Origin: a virus
Taxonomy: Duplodnaviria > Caudoviricetes
Length of the DNA: 64,000 nucleotides
Virus record (IMG/VR): IMGVR_UViG_3300027845_000169
Span: 1-64,000 of that record
Direction: 5' to 3' (one strand)
The translations under genes and the position numbers were made by a program. Of this stretch, positions 9,743-18,516 are shown in pieces (within the stretch, counting starts at the first letter, position 1; each line of letters opens with the position of its first letter). Below the pieces are notes generated by a model that had not been told where the DNA came from, searched no databases, and saw only the letters and a list, made by a program, of their open reading frames with translations.

Positions 9743-9991
9743 ATGGCGGGAACCGATAAGAGAGGCATGGCAATTGCTATGGATGGAAGAGTGGTAAGAC
9801 ACTCCGAAGCACGATGGACTGTAATTGGCGATACAAAACCAAGAAAGCACTACACCGTATTAAACTTCAATCCAAAAATGAAATGCGATTGCCCGAATCA
9901 TCAACGCTTCAAACATGACTGTAAGCACATTAAGGCTGTGAAAGTCATGTTAGCACAAGAACAATTCGGTTTAGACTTTAGAATGGAGTGA
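9743..9991 (+). CDS. SWIM zinc-finger protein
   Basis: CDCP...CKHIKAV (CxC-xn-CxH). Confidence 0.8.
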   Translation: MAGTDKRGMAIAMDGRVVRHSEARWTVIGDTKPRKHYTVLNFNPKMKCDCPNHQRFKHDCKHIKAVKVMLAQEQFGLDFRME

Positions 9992-10281
9992 ATAAAATGG
10001 TAGGAAGTAGCAGACAAAAATGGATTGACAGTATTCTTGGAATGATGGCGGCTGAAAAGCGTGGTTTTGGGGTTGATGAACTAAGACAGAAACTATTAGG
10101 TCGTTTGCGTAATGCACCATCGGCACGACAAATCACAAGTAATCTCAAAATTGACAAGCGATTCCAAACTCTTGGTAAAACCATGACTGGTAGCCTAATG
10201 CGTAATCGTTCACATGAAGTGTATGTATTCGGTATGACTGATAATCAATATGAGCATGAACATCCGTTCCGACAAAAGTGA
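9988..10281 (+). CDS. Small basic protein, possible winged-helix
   Basis: 97 aa; PSARQITSNLKIDKRF resembles archaeal wHTH proteins. Confidence 0.5.
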   Translation: MNKMVGSSRQKWIDSILGMMAAEKRGFGVDELRQKLLGRLRNAPSARQITSNLKIDKRFQTLGKTMTGSLMRNRSHEVYVFGMTDNQYEHEHPFRQK

Positions 10282-10327
10282 TTCCTAAGTCGTAAAGTTT
10301 ATTAACTACGGTATCTGTGGTATTAAT

Positions 10328-10777
10328 ATGGCGAAGCGTAAATCAAAGAAGACGGCTGAAAAGACAGACCCACTTACTACTCCTGTTCATTGGAAAACAG
10401 GAGATATTATCAAGAAGAGTGCTATCGTAAAATTGTTTCCAAAAGACATTATCGTTCAACCACAATGGGGTGGTCGTGAAGGGCAACTTAAGAATCTCCT
10501 AACTGATAAGGAATACAAAGTTAGGCTTGCCCGAGTTAATAAGGATAAAACATGGCGTTCCTATTCTTTATGTTCCGAAACTATGTCCTTTGGATTCTCC
10601 GAAGGGACTCTTGAGGAGTTTCATAGATTCGTCAAGCCACTTGTCCGATTTGCAGACATACCTAAAGGCGAGAAAGGTAAAGTCAAAAAGACAGAAGACG
10701 AAAACCCAAAGCCTAAGAAAACTAAGAAAACCAAATCTAAAGGTAAAAACACTTCAAGACCCAAGAAGACTACTTAA
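10328..10777 (+). CDS. Lys-rich hypothetical protein
   Basis: 149-aa ORF with basic termini. Confidence 0.6.
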   Translation: MAKRKSKKTAEKTDPLTTPVHWKTGDIIKKSAIVKLFPKDIIVQPQWGGREGQLKNLLTDKEYKVRLARVNKDKTWRSYSLCSETMSFGFSEGTLEEFHRFVKPLVRFADIPKGEKGKVKKTEDENPKPKKTKKTKSKGKNTSRPKKTT

Positions 10778-10791
10778 AGGAGTGCTAACGC

Positions 10792-10802
10792 TTAAATAGG
10801 TG
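10792..10802 (+). promoter_or_regulatory. Promoter TTAAATAGGTG (replication/early class)
   Basis: 30 nt before tfb ATG 10822; near-identical at 8992, 9713, 12453, 15987, 18488, 33040. Confidence 0.7.
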
Positions 10803-10821
10803 AAAGGAAGAAGGTGTGATT

Positions 10822-11787
10822 ATGAGTGATGAGGAAACAACCCCACAAAGACCCGATGTGGCACAATGCGAAGAATGCGGTAGCAAAGATGTTAAAGATG
10901 ATGAAAATGGATTTCCATGCTGCCAACAATGTGGATTAATGCAATCCAGTCTTTCTATTGACTACGGTAAAGACAATCGTGTGTTCTCCGATGGCTCCGG
11001 CATGGAGAGTGAGCGTTGGGGAATGCCAAAGACAGATTTGATTCACGATGGTGGACTATCCACCGACATTTCATGGCAAAACAAAGATTACTCCGGTAAT
11101 CCACTTGCTAAAGGAATGGCTTCTAAGATTCACAGGCTACGCCGACAACACCAAAGAACCCGTATTAAGGATGCAACCGAGCGAAACCTTGTAGTAGCCT
11201 TAGCGGAATTACAAAGATTGGCTGGCCAAATGGGACTGCCACAAACTATCAAAGAGTCTGCGGCTCGTCATTACAAAAATGCAGTAAAGATGAAGTTAGT
11301 GCGTGGGCGTTCAATTGAAGGAGTCGTAGCGGCTTCGCTTTATCTTTCATGCAGAATGGCTGATGCTCCAAGAACATTGGATGAGGTCGGACATTATTCA
11401 AGAACAGGTCGTAAGGAAATTGGCCGCACCTACCGTGCTATCGTCAAAGCCCTCAAGATTAAAGTTCCACCGGCTGAACCACATGGCTATGTTCCTCGGT
11501 TCTGCACTTCATTGAATCTTCCAACACCCGTTCAAGTCCGAGCATTGCGACTTGTGCATGAGAATGAGAAATCAAATGGGATGGCAGGTCGTGGCCCTAC
11601 TGGGATTGCGGCGGCGGCAGTTTATCTTGCAGCCATGTTAAAAGGACACAACCGCACTCAAAGAGAAGTGGCCGTAGCCGCAGGTGTAACCGAGGTAACT
11701 ATCCGCAACCGTTTCAAAGAAATGTGTGCAGACTTTGGATTCAACCCATCCAACCCTCAAGAAGACGACTTGAAGAAAGATGAGTAG
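10822..11787 (+). CDS. tfb: Archaeal transcription initiation factor IIB (TFB)
   Basis: N-terminal Zn ribbon CEEC/CQQC, HDGGLSTDI, ERNL, RGRSIEGVVAASLY, PRTLDEV, GRGPTGIAAAAVY, TQREVA..AGVTEVTIRNR. Confidence 0.95.
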   Translation: MSDEETTPQRPDVAQCEECGSKDVKDDENGFPCCQQCGLMQSSLSIDYGKDNRVFSDGSGMESERWGMPKTDLIHDGGLSTDISWQNKDYSGNPLAKGMASKIHRLRRQHQRTRIKDATERNLVVALAELQRLAGQMGLPQTIKESAARHYKNAVKMKLVRGRSIEGVVAASLYLSCRMADAPRTLDEVGHYSRTGRKEIGRTYRAIVKALKIKVPPAEPHGYVPRFCTSLNLPTPVQVRALRLVHENEKSNGMAGRGPTGIAAAAVYLAAMLKGHNRTQREVAVAAGVTEVTIRNRFKEMCADFGFNPSNPQEDDLKKDE

Positions 11788-11818
11788 TTTTAAGTGGGTC
11801 CCTGCATCATCTTGACGC

Positions 11819-12424
11819 ATGGATATTGGTTATTTTGTCGTTTTACTCGGCATAGCCTTGATGCTTCCTCTTTTGTATTACCTATCAAATATCATTGCTC
11901 AATGGGTTAATGATGGCGAAGTCGTTGTGGAACCTACAATAGAGATTCCGGACTTACAACCAATTATTGATAGTCTGCACGAAAGTGTGGCTAACTTACA
12001 TACGGACCTTGAATCTTGGCGTTACATAGCCAATGAGCGTGAAGAACGGGCCAATAGTTTGGAAGCAGATAAGGTAGGCTTAGAAATGACAATAGAAACT
12101 TTGAGGGGAGAAGTTTTGCATCAAAAGGGAAGGGCTGCTTCGGCACATACTACCCGAGGCCAACTTCTTGAGAAATGGACTCCCTTCGTGTCAGCGGAAG
12201 GTATAGAAGAACATTGGCGTGTGGAAGATTGGCAATTCCTCGGAGCACCTATTGACTATGTAGTATTTGATTGGCGACAAGACAAAGTGGAAAACTTAAC
12301 GAGTGGGAAGATTGTCTTACTTGATGTGAAGAGTGGGAAAAGTCAATTGACTTCCAAACAAAGAAGAATCCGTGATTTAATCAAAGCAGGGCGTGTTGAA
12401 TGGCGAGAGATTCGCTTAGATTAG
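11819..12424 (+). CDS. Holliday junction resolvase-like PD-(D/E)XK endonuclease with N-terminal TM helix and coiled coil
   Basis: FLGAPIDYVVF...DVKSGKSQLTSKQRRIRDLIKAGRVEW, typical of the Endonuc_Holl family. Confidence 0.8.
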   Translation: MDIGYFVVLLGIALMLPLLYYLSNIIAQWVNDGEVVVEPTIEIPDLQPIIDSLHESVANLHTDLESWRYIANEREERANSLEADKVGLEMTIETLRGEVLHQKGRAASAHTTRGQLLEKWTPFVSAEGIEEHWRVEDWQFLGAPIDYVVFDWRQDKVENLTSGKIVLLDVKSGKSQLTSKQRRIRDLIKAGRVEWREIRLD

Positions 12425-12482
12425 AACTCAAAAGATTCAAGACCCTCAAAGGTTAAATAGGTGAAAGGAGTGTGGATATATT

Positions 12483-12920
12483 ATGACGGGCGTAATATCA
12501 GTCAATATCAATGCGAATGATGGCTTTCAAGCCAATAGATGGACGAAGAATGGTGAGCGTGGACTTGCCGACAGGGTGTATGTTGATACTCCCGAAGGAA
12601 CGAAAGTAGGCTACTACGATTTGGTGAAAGGCCGATGGATGATGGATAAATCCAATACATCCGTAGGTATGGGAATCTTGTCGGATTCAACAGGGGCTAA
12701 GATTAGTCTTGAGATTGTTGGAAAGGATGATGTTCACATCGGAATGAAGACAGTTTTGATGCCGCATGAAGGCCCTATCTTCGGACAGGGAACTAACTTG
12801 GCCAAAGATTGGCTCGTAGCAAATGGTGAAGCAAACGATATGTCTATTGCCGAGTTCCTTGATGCTTGTATGGCTGGCGGAGAAGCATGGCTAACAATGC
12901 ACCGCCAAAAGTATAATTGA
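12483..12920 (+). CDS. Hypothetical protein
   Basis: 145 aa; TTAAATAGGTG 30 nt upstream. Confidence 0.65.
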   Translation: MTGVISVNINANDGFQANRWTKNGERGLADRVYVDTPEGTKVGYYDLVKGRWMMDKSNTSVGMGILSDSTGAKISLEIVGKDDVHIGMKTVLMPHEGPIFGQGTNLAKDWLVANGEANDMSIAEFLDACMAGGEAWLTMHRQKYN

Positions 12921-12930
12921 GCGTGATTAC

Positions 12931-13281
12931 ATGAGTGCTAATAAGATTGTGGAAGTAGGTTTGTGCGGTCCCGGCCGACACCCTATTACTAATCAAGATG
13001 GCGAATCCATTGATGCCTTCATTTTTGAAGGTCAAGTGGCCAATCCATTAGACTTTCTATCACACATTAAGCGTTCCACAGAATATCTTCAAGCAGTTAA
13101 AACTGATGCTACCGATGCTTTAGTCCTCTATGTGACTGGGCTAACTCCGGTGCTAACTTCCTTCCTTCAAGTTTGGGAATGGACTCAAGAAGTGGTGCGT
13201 GAACAGGGCAACAACCCTCCGCAATTGATTTTGATGCACTATGATAGGGATTCGGAATCGTATGTCCCTCAACACTTTTAG
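12931..13281 (+). CDS. Hypothetical protein (Rossmann/CARF-like motif)
   Basis: LYVTGLTPVL...LMHYDRDSESY. Confidence 0.55.
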   Translation: MSANKIVEVGLCGPGRHPITNQDGESIDAFIFEGQVANPLDFLSHIKRSTEYLQAVKTDATDALVLYVTGLTPVLTSFLQVWEWTQEVVREQGNNPPQLILMHYDRDSESYVPQHF

Positions 13282-13286
13282 GTGAT

Positions 13287-13454
13287 ATGATGCAGTATCG
13301 GATTGATATTGGAAGTGGAAATCTCCTTGTGTTTGAGGATGATGGCGATAAGCACTTGAAAGTTTTAGTCGTTGATTCTAAAGACCAAAAGACTGGTATG
13401 TATCTTGGCCGATGCTTGCGTTCCGATGTGAAGCGTTTAGGCCGAGGAATGTAA
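13287..13454 (+). CDS. Small hypothetical protein (55 aa, not in ORF track)
   Basis: AGGTGA ribosome-binding-like site before ATG; fills the gap between flanking genes. Confidence 0.5.
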   Translation: MMQYRIDIGSGNLLVFEDDGDKHLKVLVVDSKDQKTGMYLGRCLRSDVKRLGRGM

Positions 13455-13497
13455 TTTATACACAATGCTTAAATACCCCACATACTGTGGAGTAGTC

Positions 13498-13767
13498 ATG
13501 AGCCGCCGAGGAATTGTATTTAGCACCCGACTTGAGAACGACATTGACTTGTATATGCAAGAACAGCGTGAGCCGATAGACCCAAGAACGGTCATCAGTA
13601 ATCTTTACACCCGCCGAGTGTGGGGCAAACTTGCTCGCACACCAAAGCGACTCGCTTACTATTTCAAGAGGTCGGGACACTATGTTCAAATCGGTGCTTC
13701 ACGCCCGTTCAATTACATTTGGTCGGATAACTACGATAGTAGGACTCATGGCCCTCGTCATAATTAG
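13498..13767 (+). CDS. Small basic hypothetical protein
   Basis: TTAAATAC at 13469 is 29 nt before ATG 13498. Confidence 0.55.
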   Translation: MSRRGIVFSTRLENDIDLYMQEQREPIDPRTVISNLYTRRVWGKLARTPKRLAYYFKRSGHYVQIGASRPFNYIWSDNYDSRTHGPRHN

Positions 13768-14222
13768 AATATATCATCTTCGTGAGCAATTGCTTCGGCT
13801 TCTTCTTGGGGTTTATCTCCAATGAATCCAAAGGTCATGCTGGGCTTTAGATTTTCTGCTTTACAATAATCCTCAATAAGTGATGAGGTTCCGGTTACGG
13901 ATTCTTCCATCTTCTTGAGGCTACCACGCCAAACTAATTCATATTGAGTATAGACTCCCTCTTTGAATTGTAAAGAACGGCGTTGTATATGCAAATCACG
14001 ACCTGCGGCAAATAACTTCATTTGCTCAAAGAGTGGGTGTGATTCGGGAGCGACATGGCGTTCTCCGAATGTGAATCTCATCATATATCCTACTGGTTGG
14101 ACTTCTTTTGGTTGTTGTGAGTAATACTCAATAGCCTCTCCTAAATCCATAACTTGTGGTTCGTCTGCACAATTGCATTCGTTCTCTTCGCAACACTCGG
14201 GGTCATCATTTGTAATACTCAT
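13764..14222 (-). CDS. Hypothetical protein, paralog of 14320-14703
   Basis: VGYMMRFTF...ELVWRG versus GGYLMRYTF...DFVWEG. Confidence 0.65.
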   Translation of the reverse strand: MSITNDDPECCEENECNCADEPQVMDLGEAIEYYSQQPKEVQPVGYMMRFTFGERHVAPESHPLFEQMKLFAAGRDLHIQRRSLQFKEGVYTQYELVWRGSLKKMEESVTGTSSLIEDYCKAENLKPSMTFGFIGDKPQEEAEAIAHEDDIF

Positions 14223-14319
14223 TCTTTACACCAACAATTATCTGCACAGACACCTTCTGTGTGAGTGCCGTAATCTATGACACCACCAAGGATGTGTGTT
14301 CTGTTTTCATCCTTTTTAC

Positions 14320-14703
14320 TCATTCTTCTTCACCAACTTCTTCCATTGTGAACTCGGGTGGGAGGAAAACAAGGTGAGATAGCATAGCCTTCTCTCCAAT
14401 AACTTCCACAATCTTTTCCCTCATTGGAAATAATGAATCTTCAAAAGTTGTGAGGGGTCCTTCCCACACAAAGTCCAGTTGAGGGACCATTACCATACCA
14501 TCGTTCAAAACTCTTTGTTCAAAGTAAAAGTTTGCTGACTCCGAACTTTTCTTCAGTTCAGTTACCAGTTCGTTTTCGGGCGACAACATTGTTTGGTCCA
14601 AAAATGTGTATCGCATCAAGTAGCCTCCAACTTCTTGACCGGATTTGATACCAGCCTTGATAACTTCTCTCAAATCTTTTTGTTCAGCCTCGGTTCCTAA
14701 CAT
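14320..14703 (-). CDS. Hypothetical protein, paralog of 13764-14222
   Basis: Shared motifs as above. Confidence 0.65.
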   Translation of the reverse strand: MLGTEAEQKDLREVIKAGIKSGQEVGGYLMRYTFLDQTMLSPENELVTELKKSSESANFYFEQRVLNDGMVMVPQLDFVWEGPLTTFEDSLFPMREKIVEVIGEKAMLSHLVFLPPEFTMEEVGEEE

Positions 14704-15254
14704 TACATCCGACCTCCCATTCCAGCAACATATTGTTCTAAATCAAATCCTTCCCATTTCTTAGTGATGTCTAACATTACTTTCAATTCCGCTGCAAGGC
14801 TTTCCGTAGGGACACGCTGCTCTTTCACAATCTTTTCTTGATTGGGGATGTGATAGGTAGTAACTTGAGTATAGTATTTGTTTTGAAGTAGGCTGGATAA
14901 AACCATTCTTGCCATATCTGCATTTCTTTGACTATCCAAAGTAACCTTAACTTTTTCTTCATTAGAAGTGGTAACAAGGTCTGCGTAATGTCTTTGAACT
15001 AATTTCATGTAAGTGTCCGGTTCAGTTTCCAAAAGTTGGGTCAATCTTGCTGGGTCGCTGCCAGCCAACCTTTCTAACTCTTCAAAGAAGTTACCAACTA
15101 CTCCTAATGACAATCGCAATGGTTCTGCCATAATGTTGAATAATACAAAGTATAAGTCATCTTTGTCTTGTCCGTCTTTCATGTGAACATCCGCATGAAC
15201 ATTCACTACCATATCCTTAGTCATTGTCAATTTTACTTTACCAATCTTTTTCAT
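14703..15254 (-). CDS. Hypothetical protein
   Basis: GGAGGT before ATG 15254; operon-like overlaps. Confidence 0.6.
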   Translation of the reverse strand: MKKIGKVKLTMTKDMVVNVHADVHMKDGQDKDDLYFVLFNIMAEPLRLSLGVVGNFFEELERLAGSDPARLTQLLETEPDTYMKLVQRHYADLVTTSNEEKVKVTLDSQRNADMARMVLSSLLQNKYYTQVTTYHIPNQEKIVKEQRVPTESLAAELKVMLDITKKWEGFDLEQYVAGMGGRM

Positions 15255-15487
15255 ATAGGGACCTCCGTTTTTTGGCAAGCGGCACAAGTGTATGCAAAAC
15301 CGCCCTCCGAAATATCAAAGTTTGTGGCACATATCCGACACTTACGATAACGCCATCTCAATAAATAAACTTGATTTTGGCCTTTCGCATCCGAAAAGTT
15401 GATTGCATCTTCATTCTCAATTAGAAGACTACCGCCCTTGACGGAGAGAGTATGTCCCTCTTTTTCGGCCCAATCAGTAAGTGACAC
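15251..15487 (-). CDS. Small Zn-ribbon protein
   Basis: CRIC...CAAC; TTAAGTAG on - strand (15509-15516), 29 nt before GTG. Confidence 0.6.
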   Translation of the reverse strand: MSLTDWAEKEGHTLSVKGGSLLIENEDAINFSDAKGQNQVYLLRWRYRKCRICATNFDISEGGFAYTCAACQKTEVPI

Positions 15488-15562
15488 GCCTTTACAGGCG
15501 ATTAGTTACTACTTAATGGTTCACAGGTATTCATTAAATAGTCGTAACTTCATTATATGAAC

Positions 15563-15979
15563 ATGAGAAAGAGAGGCACTAAGGTATGGGGTGGGAAGAC
15601 CACAGTTAATGATTGGATGATGCGTTATATTGGATTACCAATTGTTTGGGGTTGGCTGGTTGCGGCTTTAGGAATTGTAGCAATGGGTGTTTATGACCCA
15701 ACTGCCGTTATGCCAATGTTAGAAGGTTACATTGCCCTTCTTGCCATTGTTGGAACCTTAGCAACACTAATCGTAACTTCTATGCTGGAACTTTGGAAAT
15801 CCGAACAGACACAAGAAATCTCAACGATGGAAGATAGAATCGCTCATCGTCACCGAATGGAAGAAATGGAAATGGCTCACGCACACCGGTTAGCGGAAAT
15901 AGAAGCAACCGGTAAATATGTTGTCCCAATTAAGAAGAATACCTTGGAAGAAGATTTGAAAATCACCAAGAAAGAATAG
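15563..15979 (+). CDS. Two-TM membrane protein
   Basis: Two hydrophobic helices; TTAAATAG at 15534, 29 nt upstream. Confidence 0.65.
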   Translation: MRKRGTKVWGGKTTVNDWMMRYIGLPIVWGWLVAALGIVAMGVYDPTAVMPMLEGYIALLAIVGTLATLIVTSMLELWKSEQTQEISTMEDRIAHRHRMEEMEMAHAHRLAEIEATGKYVVPIKKNTLEEDLKITKKE

Positions 15980-16016
15980 GGAACGGTTAAATAGGTGGGT
16001 AACAAGTAGCCCTACT

Positions 16017-17084
16017 ATGAGCGCCAATCCGGGCAAGAATGCGATATATGGTTTGAGAAATAGAAGTTATAGGGTATCTCGTGGTGGCTTTCGCCCTACA
16101 AGTGCTTCCTGTATCATCAAAGATGAATACGGTTATGACAAACAAATTGGAAAATGTCATAGAGCAGAATGGTTCCGATTGAATGGAGTCAAGGCAACTA
16201 ATCCTCCTACTGATAGGTCGCATGGCATCTTCGCAACAGGAAATGGAATGGAAGATTACTTCCAAGAAGTATGGAAGAATCAAGGACTTCTCCTTGACGG
16301 CAATGTGCTTAACTATGGCCCCGTTGGACCTGACCCAAGAATCATTATTTCCGGAGAATCGGATATTATCGTTTGGGACCACGAATTAGATGCAGATGGT
16401 AAAGTTACGAAGATTCATCGTGATAGGGCTATCGGTATTGAAATGAAAACTTGCCGAGGTTATTTTGCTAAGAAAGCAGTATTTGGTATTGGTAATAAAA
16501 TGTATGTGCATGGGGCACCTAAGTATGAACACATTATGCAGACGGCTATGTATCTAATGATGCGTGAAAAGCACGAAAAGCATTACAATGTAAAGATGGA
16601 TTACTACATCATATTCTATTTCGCTGTTGATACCGGAGAATATACTCAATTCAAAATCAGCCTATCTAATGGCTACGATGGAGATGTTATCGTGGAAACA
16701 ATGGACGGTAAAACCATTGAACCGGATATTGCATATCAATTAATTGCAGGTAAAACTCTCAACGCTTGGGAAGGCTTGAATACGGATAACATTCTTAAGA
16801 GATATTCCGAATTAGCCGACAAACTTGAGGAACCTAATCCTCCGCCTCGTGATTATCAGTTGCGATACGATGAACCAACCGTCAAGCAGAAATTGGAAAC
16901 CAATGATTTATCAAAGACCAAATATAATGAATGGCTCAAGAAGCCTCTCGCCGAAGTGGGCGATTGGCAATGCTCTTACTGTGATTTCAAATCACATTGC
17001 TACCCTGTGAGCATCTTTTCCGAAGATGTTGAAAAGGGGATACTAACTGTGGATGAAGCCATAAGAGAATTAGGTTACGAATGA
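16017..17084 (+). CDS. Cas4-like PD-(D/E)XK nuclease
   Basis: SGESD...IEMKT...QTAMY and C-terminal CSYCDFKSHC plus an N-terminal Cys (Fe-S cluster pattern). Confidence 0.75.
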   Translation: MSANPGKNAIYGLRNRSYRVSRGGFRPTSASCIIKDEYGYDKQIGKCHRAEWFRLNGVKATNPPTDRSHGIFATGNGMEDYFQEVWKNQGLLLDGNVLNYGPVGPDPRIIISGESDIIVWDHELDADGKVTKIHRDRAIGIEMKTCRGYFAKKAVFGIGNKMYVHGAPKYEHIMQTAMYLMMREKHEKHYNVKMDYYIIFYFAVDTGEYTQFKISLSNGYDGDVIVETMDGKTIEPDIAYQLIAGKTLNAWEGLNTDNILKRYSELADKLEEPNPPPRDYQLRYDEPTVKQKLETNDLSKTKYNEWLKKPLAEVGDWQCSYCDFKSHCYPVSIFSEDVEKGILTVDEAIRELGYE

Positions 17085-17092
17085 TTCTTGGA

Positions 17093-17641
17093 TTAAGCCT
17101 CTAAGAAAGAAGGCACTACATCCCAATTACCAAAAGTAATAACACCTGCACCCGCAGGGGTGGTAACTGTTTGTTTTTGAGGTTTAGTAGGTGCCATTGT
17201 TGGAACCGGAGTTGAAAATGGCATTGCAGTTGCTTTTGGAGGTTGGACTCCAATTGTAAATCCAGGGGATATTTGTAGTCCGGCACTCGTGTTGCCCTTA
17301 TCATCAAGAATGGTAAGACCCTTGGCGGAATTATCGCATGGCATAATGATTGGCATTCCGGGCATCTCTTGACGAATTGTTCCCTGCCCTCTTGCAGTCG
17401 TTTCATCAAAAACAATAATTGGGTCGGCCGAAGTTGCTGCAAGGTAACCTGCATCTTTTAGAACAGTTAATCCATTGGGAAAGAATACTCCATAATTTTG
17501 AGAACCTCCTAATACGAAATAGAAACCAGTATTTGCTGGGAATCTCGTATCTTTAGTAAGTTCCACCAATTCACAAGGATTGGCACTCTTCATAGCACCT
17601 TGGGCCACCGTCTGCCAAAACTTATAGTTGGTCGCACTCAT
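17093..17641 (-). CDS. Hypothetical protein
   Basis: TTAAGTAG on - strand (17663-17670), 29 nt before ATG 17641. Confidence 0.6.
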   Translation of the reverse strand: MSATNYKFWQTVAQGAMKSANPCELVELTKDTRFPANTGFYFVLGGSQNYGVFFPNGLTVLKDAGYLAATSADPIIVFDETTARGQGTIRQEMPGMPIIMPCDNSAKGLTILDDKGNTSAGLQISPGFTIGVQPPKATAMPFSTPVPTMAPTKPQKQTVTTPAGAGVITFGNWDVVPSFLEA

Positions 17642-17666
17642 ACTATTCACTTATCTATCTCGCTAC

Positions 17667-18434
17667 TTAAAGACTGGCAGCCTTGACTACAATAATTGCG
17701 GTATCATCGGTTTTACCACCCTTATGTTCATAACCTGCTTCCCGGGAAGTTCTCTCAAATGGAGTCGGCTCCAAACTTTCTCCTTTTTCAGTAGCCGCAA
17801 TTACTAATGTTTCTGCAATGTCGGAGGCCGTAGCGTTACCCATACTATTGATAATGTTCATAATTTCATCATCAAACAAGTTGTCAAACAACCCATCTGT
17901 TCCAAGAACGAGCATATCTTCCCCTTCTAAATTGATTACAAACCTTTCCCCATCTTTTGGTTCTTGAGCATATATCACACCACCAGCCATCTTTCCTAAA
18001 CAAAATGGTCTGTTAAACTCAATCTCTTGTTCGGTAGGTTGATGTGTCATGTTACCATCAGTAACTACAAAGAACGATGAATCACCAAGATATATCATTT
18101 CAACTTTATATCCCCAACTTGTAGGTTTCAAGACCCCTATGATTGCAGTTGCGGCTCCTATATGGTCGGTCCGGTCAAATGACTCTTGGAGAATAGTGAG
18201 TGGATTATCTTCATCTTCATTGAAAACTTGTTCAGCGTGATACATTAAATCTGCTGCAAAGGGTCCAGCGGAAACGCCTCTTTTAGAGAGCCAAGAACCT
18301 ACACCATCGGAAACTCCTACCATGTAAGTTGAATCTAAAGAACGGTAGGAAACTACAAAAGCGTCCTCTCCACCAAAAATGGCCTTTTCCGGATGAGGGA
18401 TATAGGCGTAGCCAATATCAAGTGGGAAGGTCAT
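17667..18434 (-). CDS. PP2C-family protein phosphatase (PTC7-like)
   Basis: GGEDAF, GVSDGVGSW, LGDS, LGTDGLFDNL, GGKTDD motifs. Confidence 0.9.
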   Translation of the reverse strand: MTFPLDIGYAYIPHPEKAIFGGEDAFVVSYRSLDSTYMVGVSDGVGSWLSKRGVSAGPFAADLMYHAEQVFNEDEDNPLTILQESFDRTDHIGAATAIIGVLKPTSWGYKVEMIYLGDSSFFVVTDGNMTHQPTEQEIEFNRPFCLGKMAGGVIYAQEPKDGERFVINLEGEDMLVLGTDGLFDNLFDDEIMNIINSMGNATASDIAETLVIAATEKGESLEPTPFERTSREAGYEHKGGKTDDTAIIVVKAASL

Positions 18435-18516
18435 AGTTCCTCATTCACACGCCGACTATTTCAAAGGTTCTTCTCCACCCCATTGGGTTAAATAGGTGGT
18501 GTCGGTATGCAATACT

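Noticed and set aside
16017-17084. CRISPR-Cas system suggested by the Cas4-like gene
   Set aside because: No repeat-spacer array or other cas genes in the window; solo Cas4-like nucleases are common in archaeal viruses
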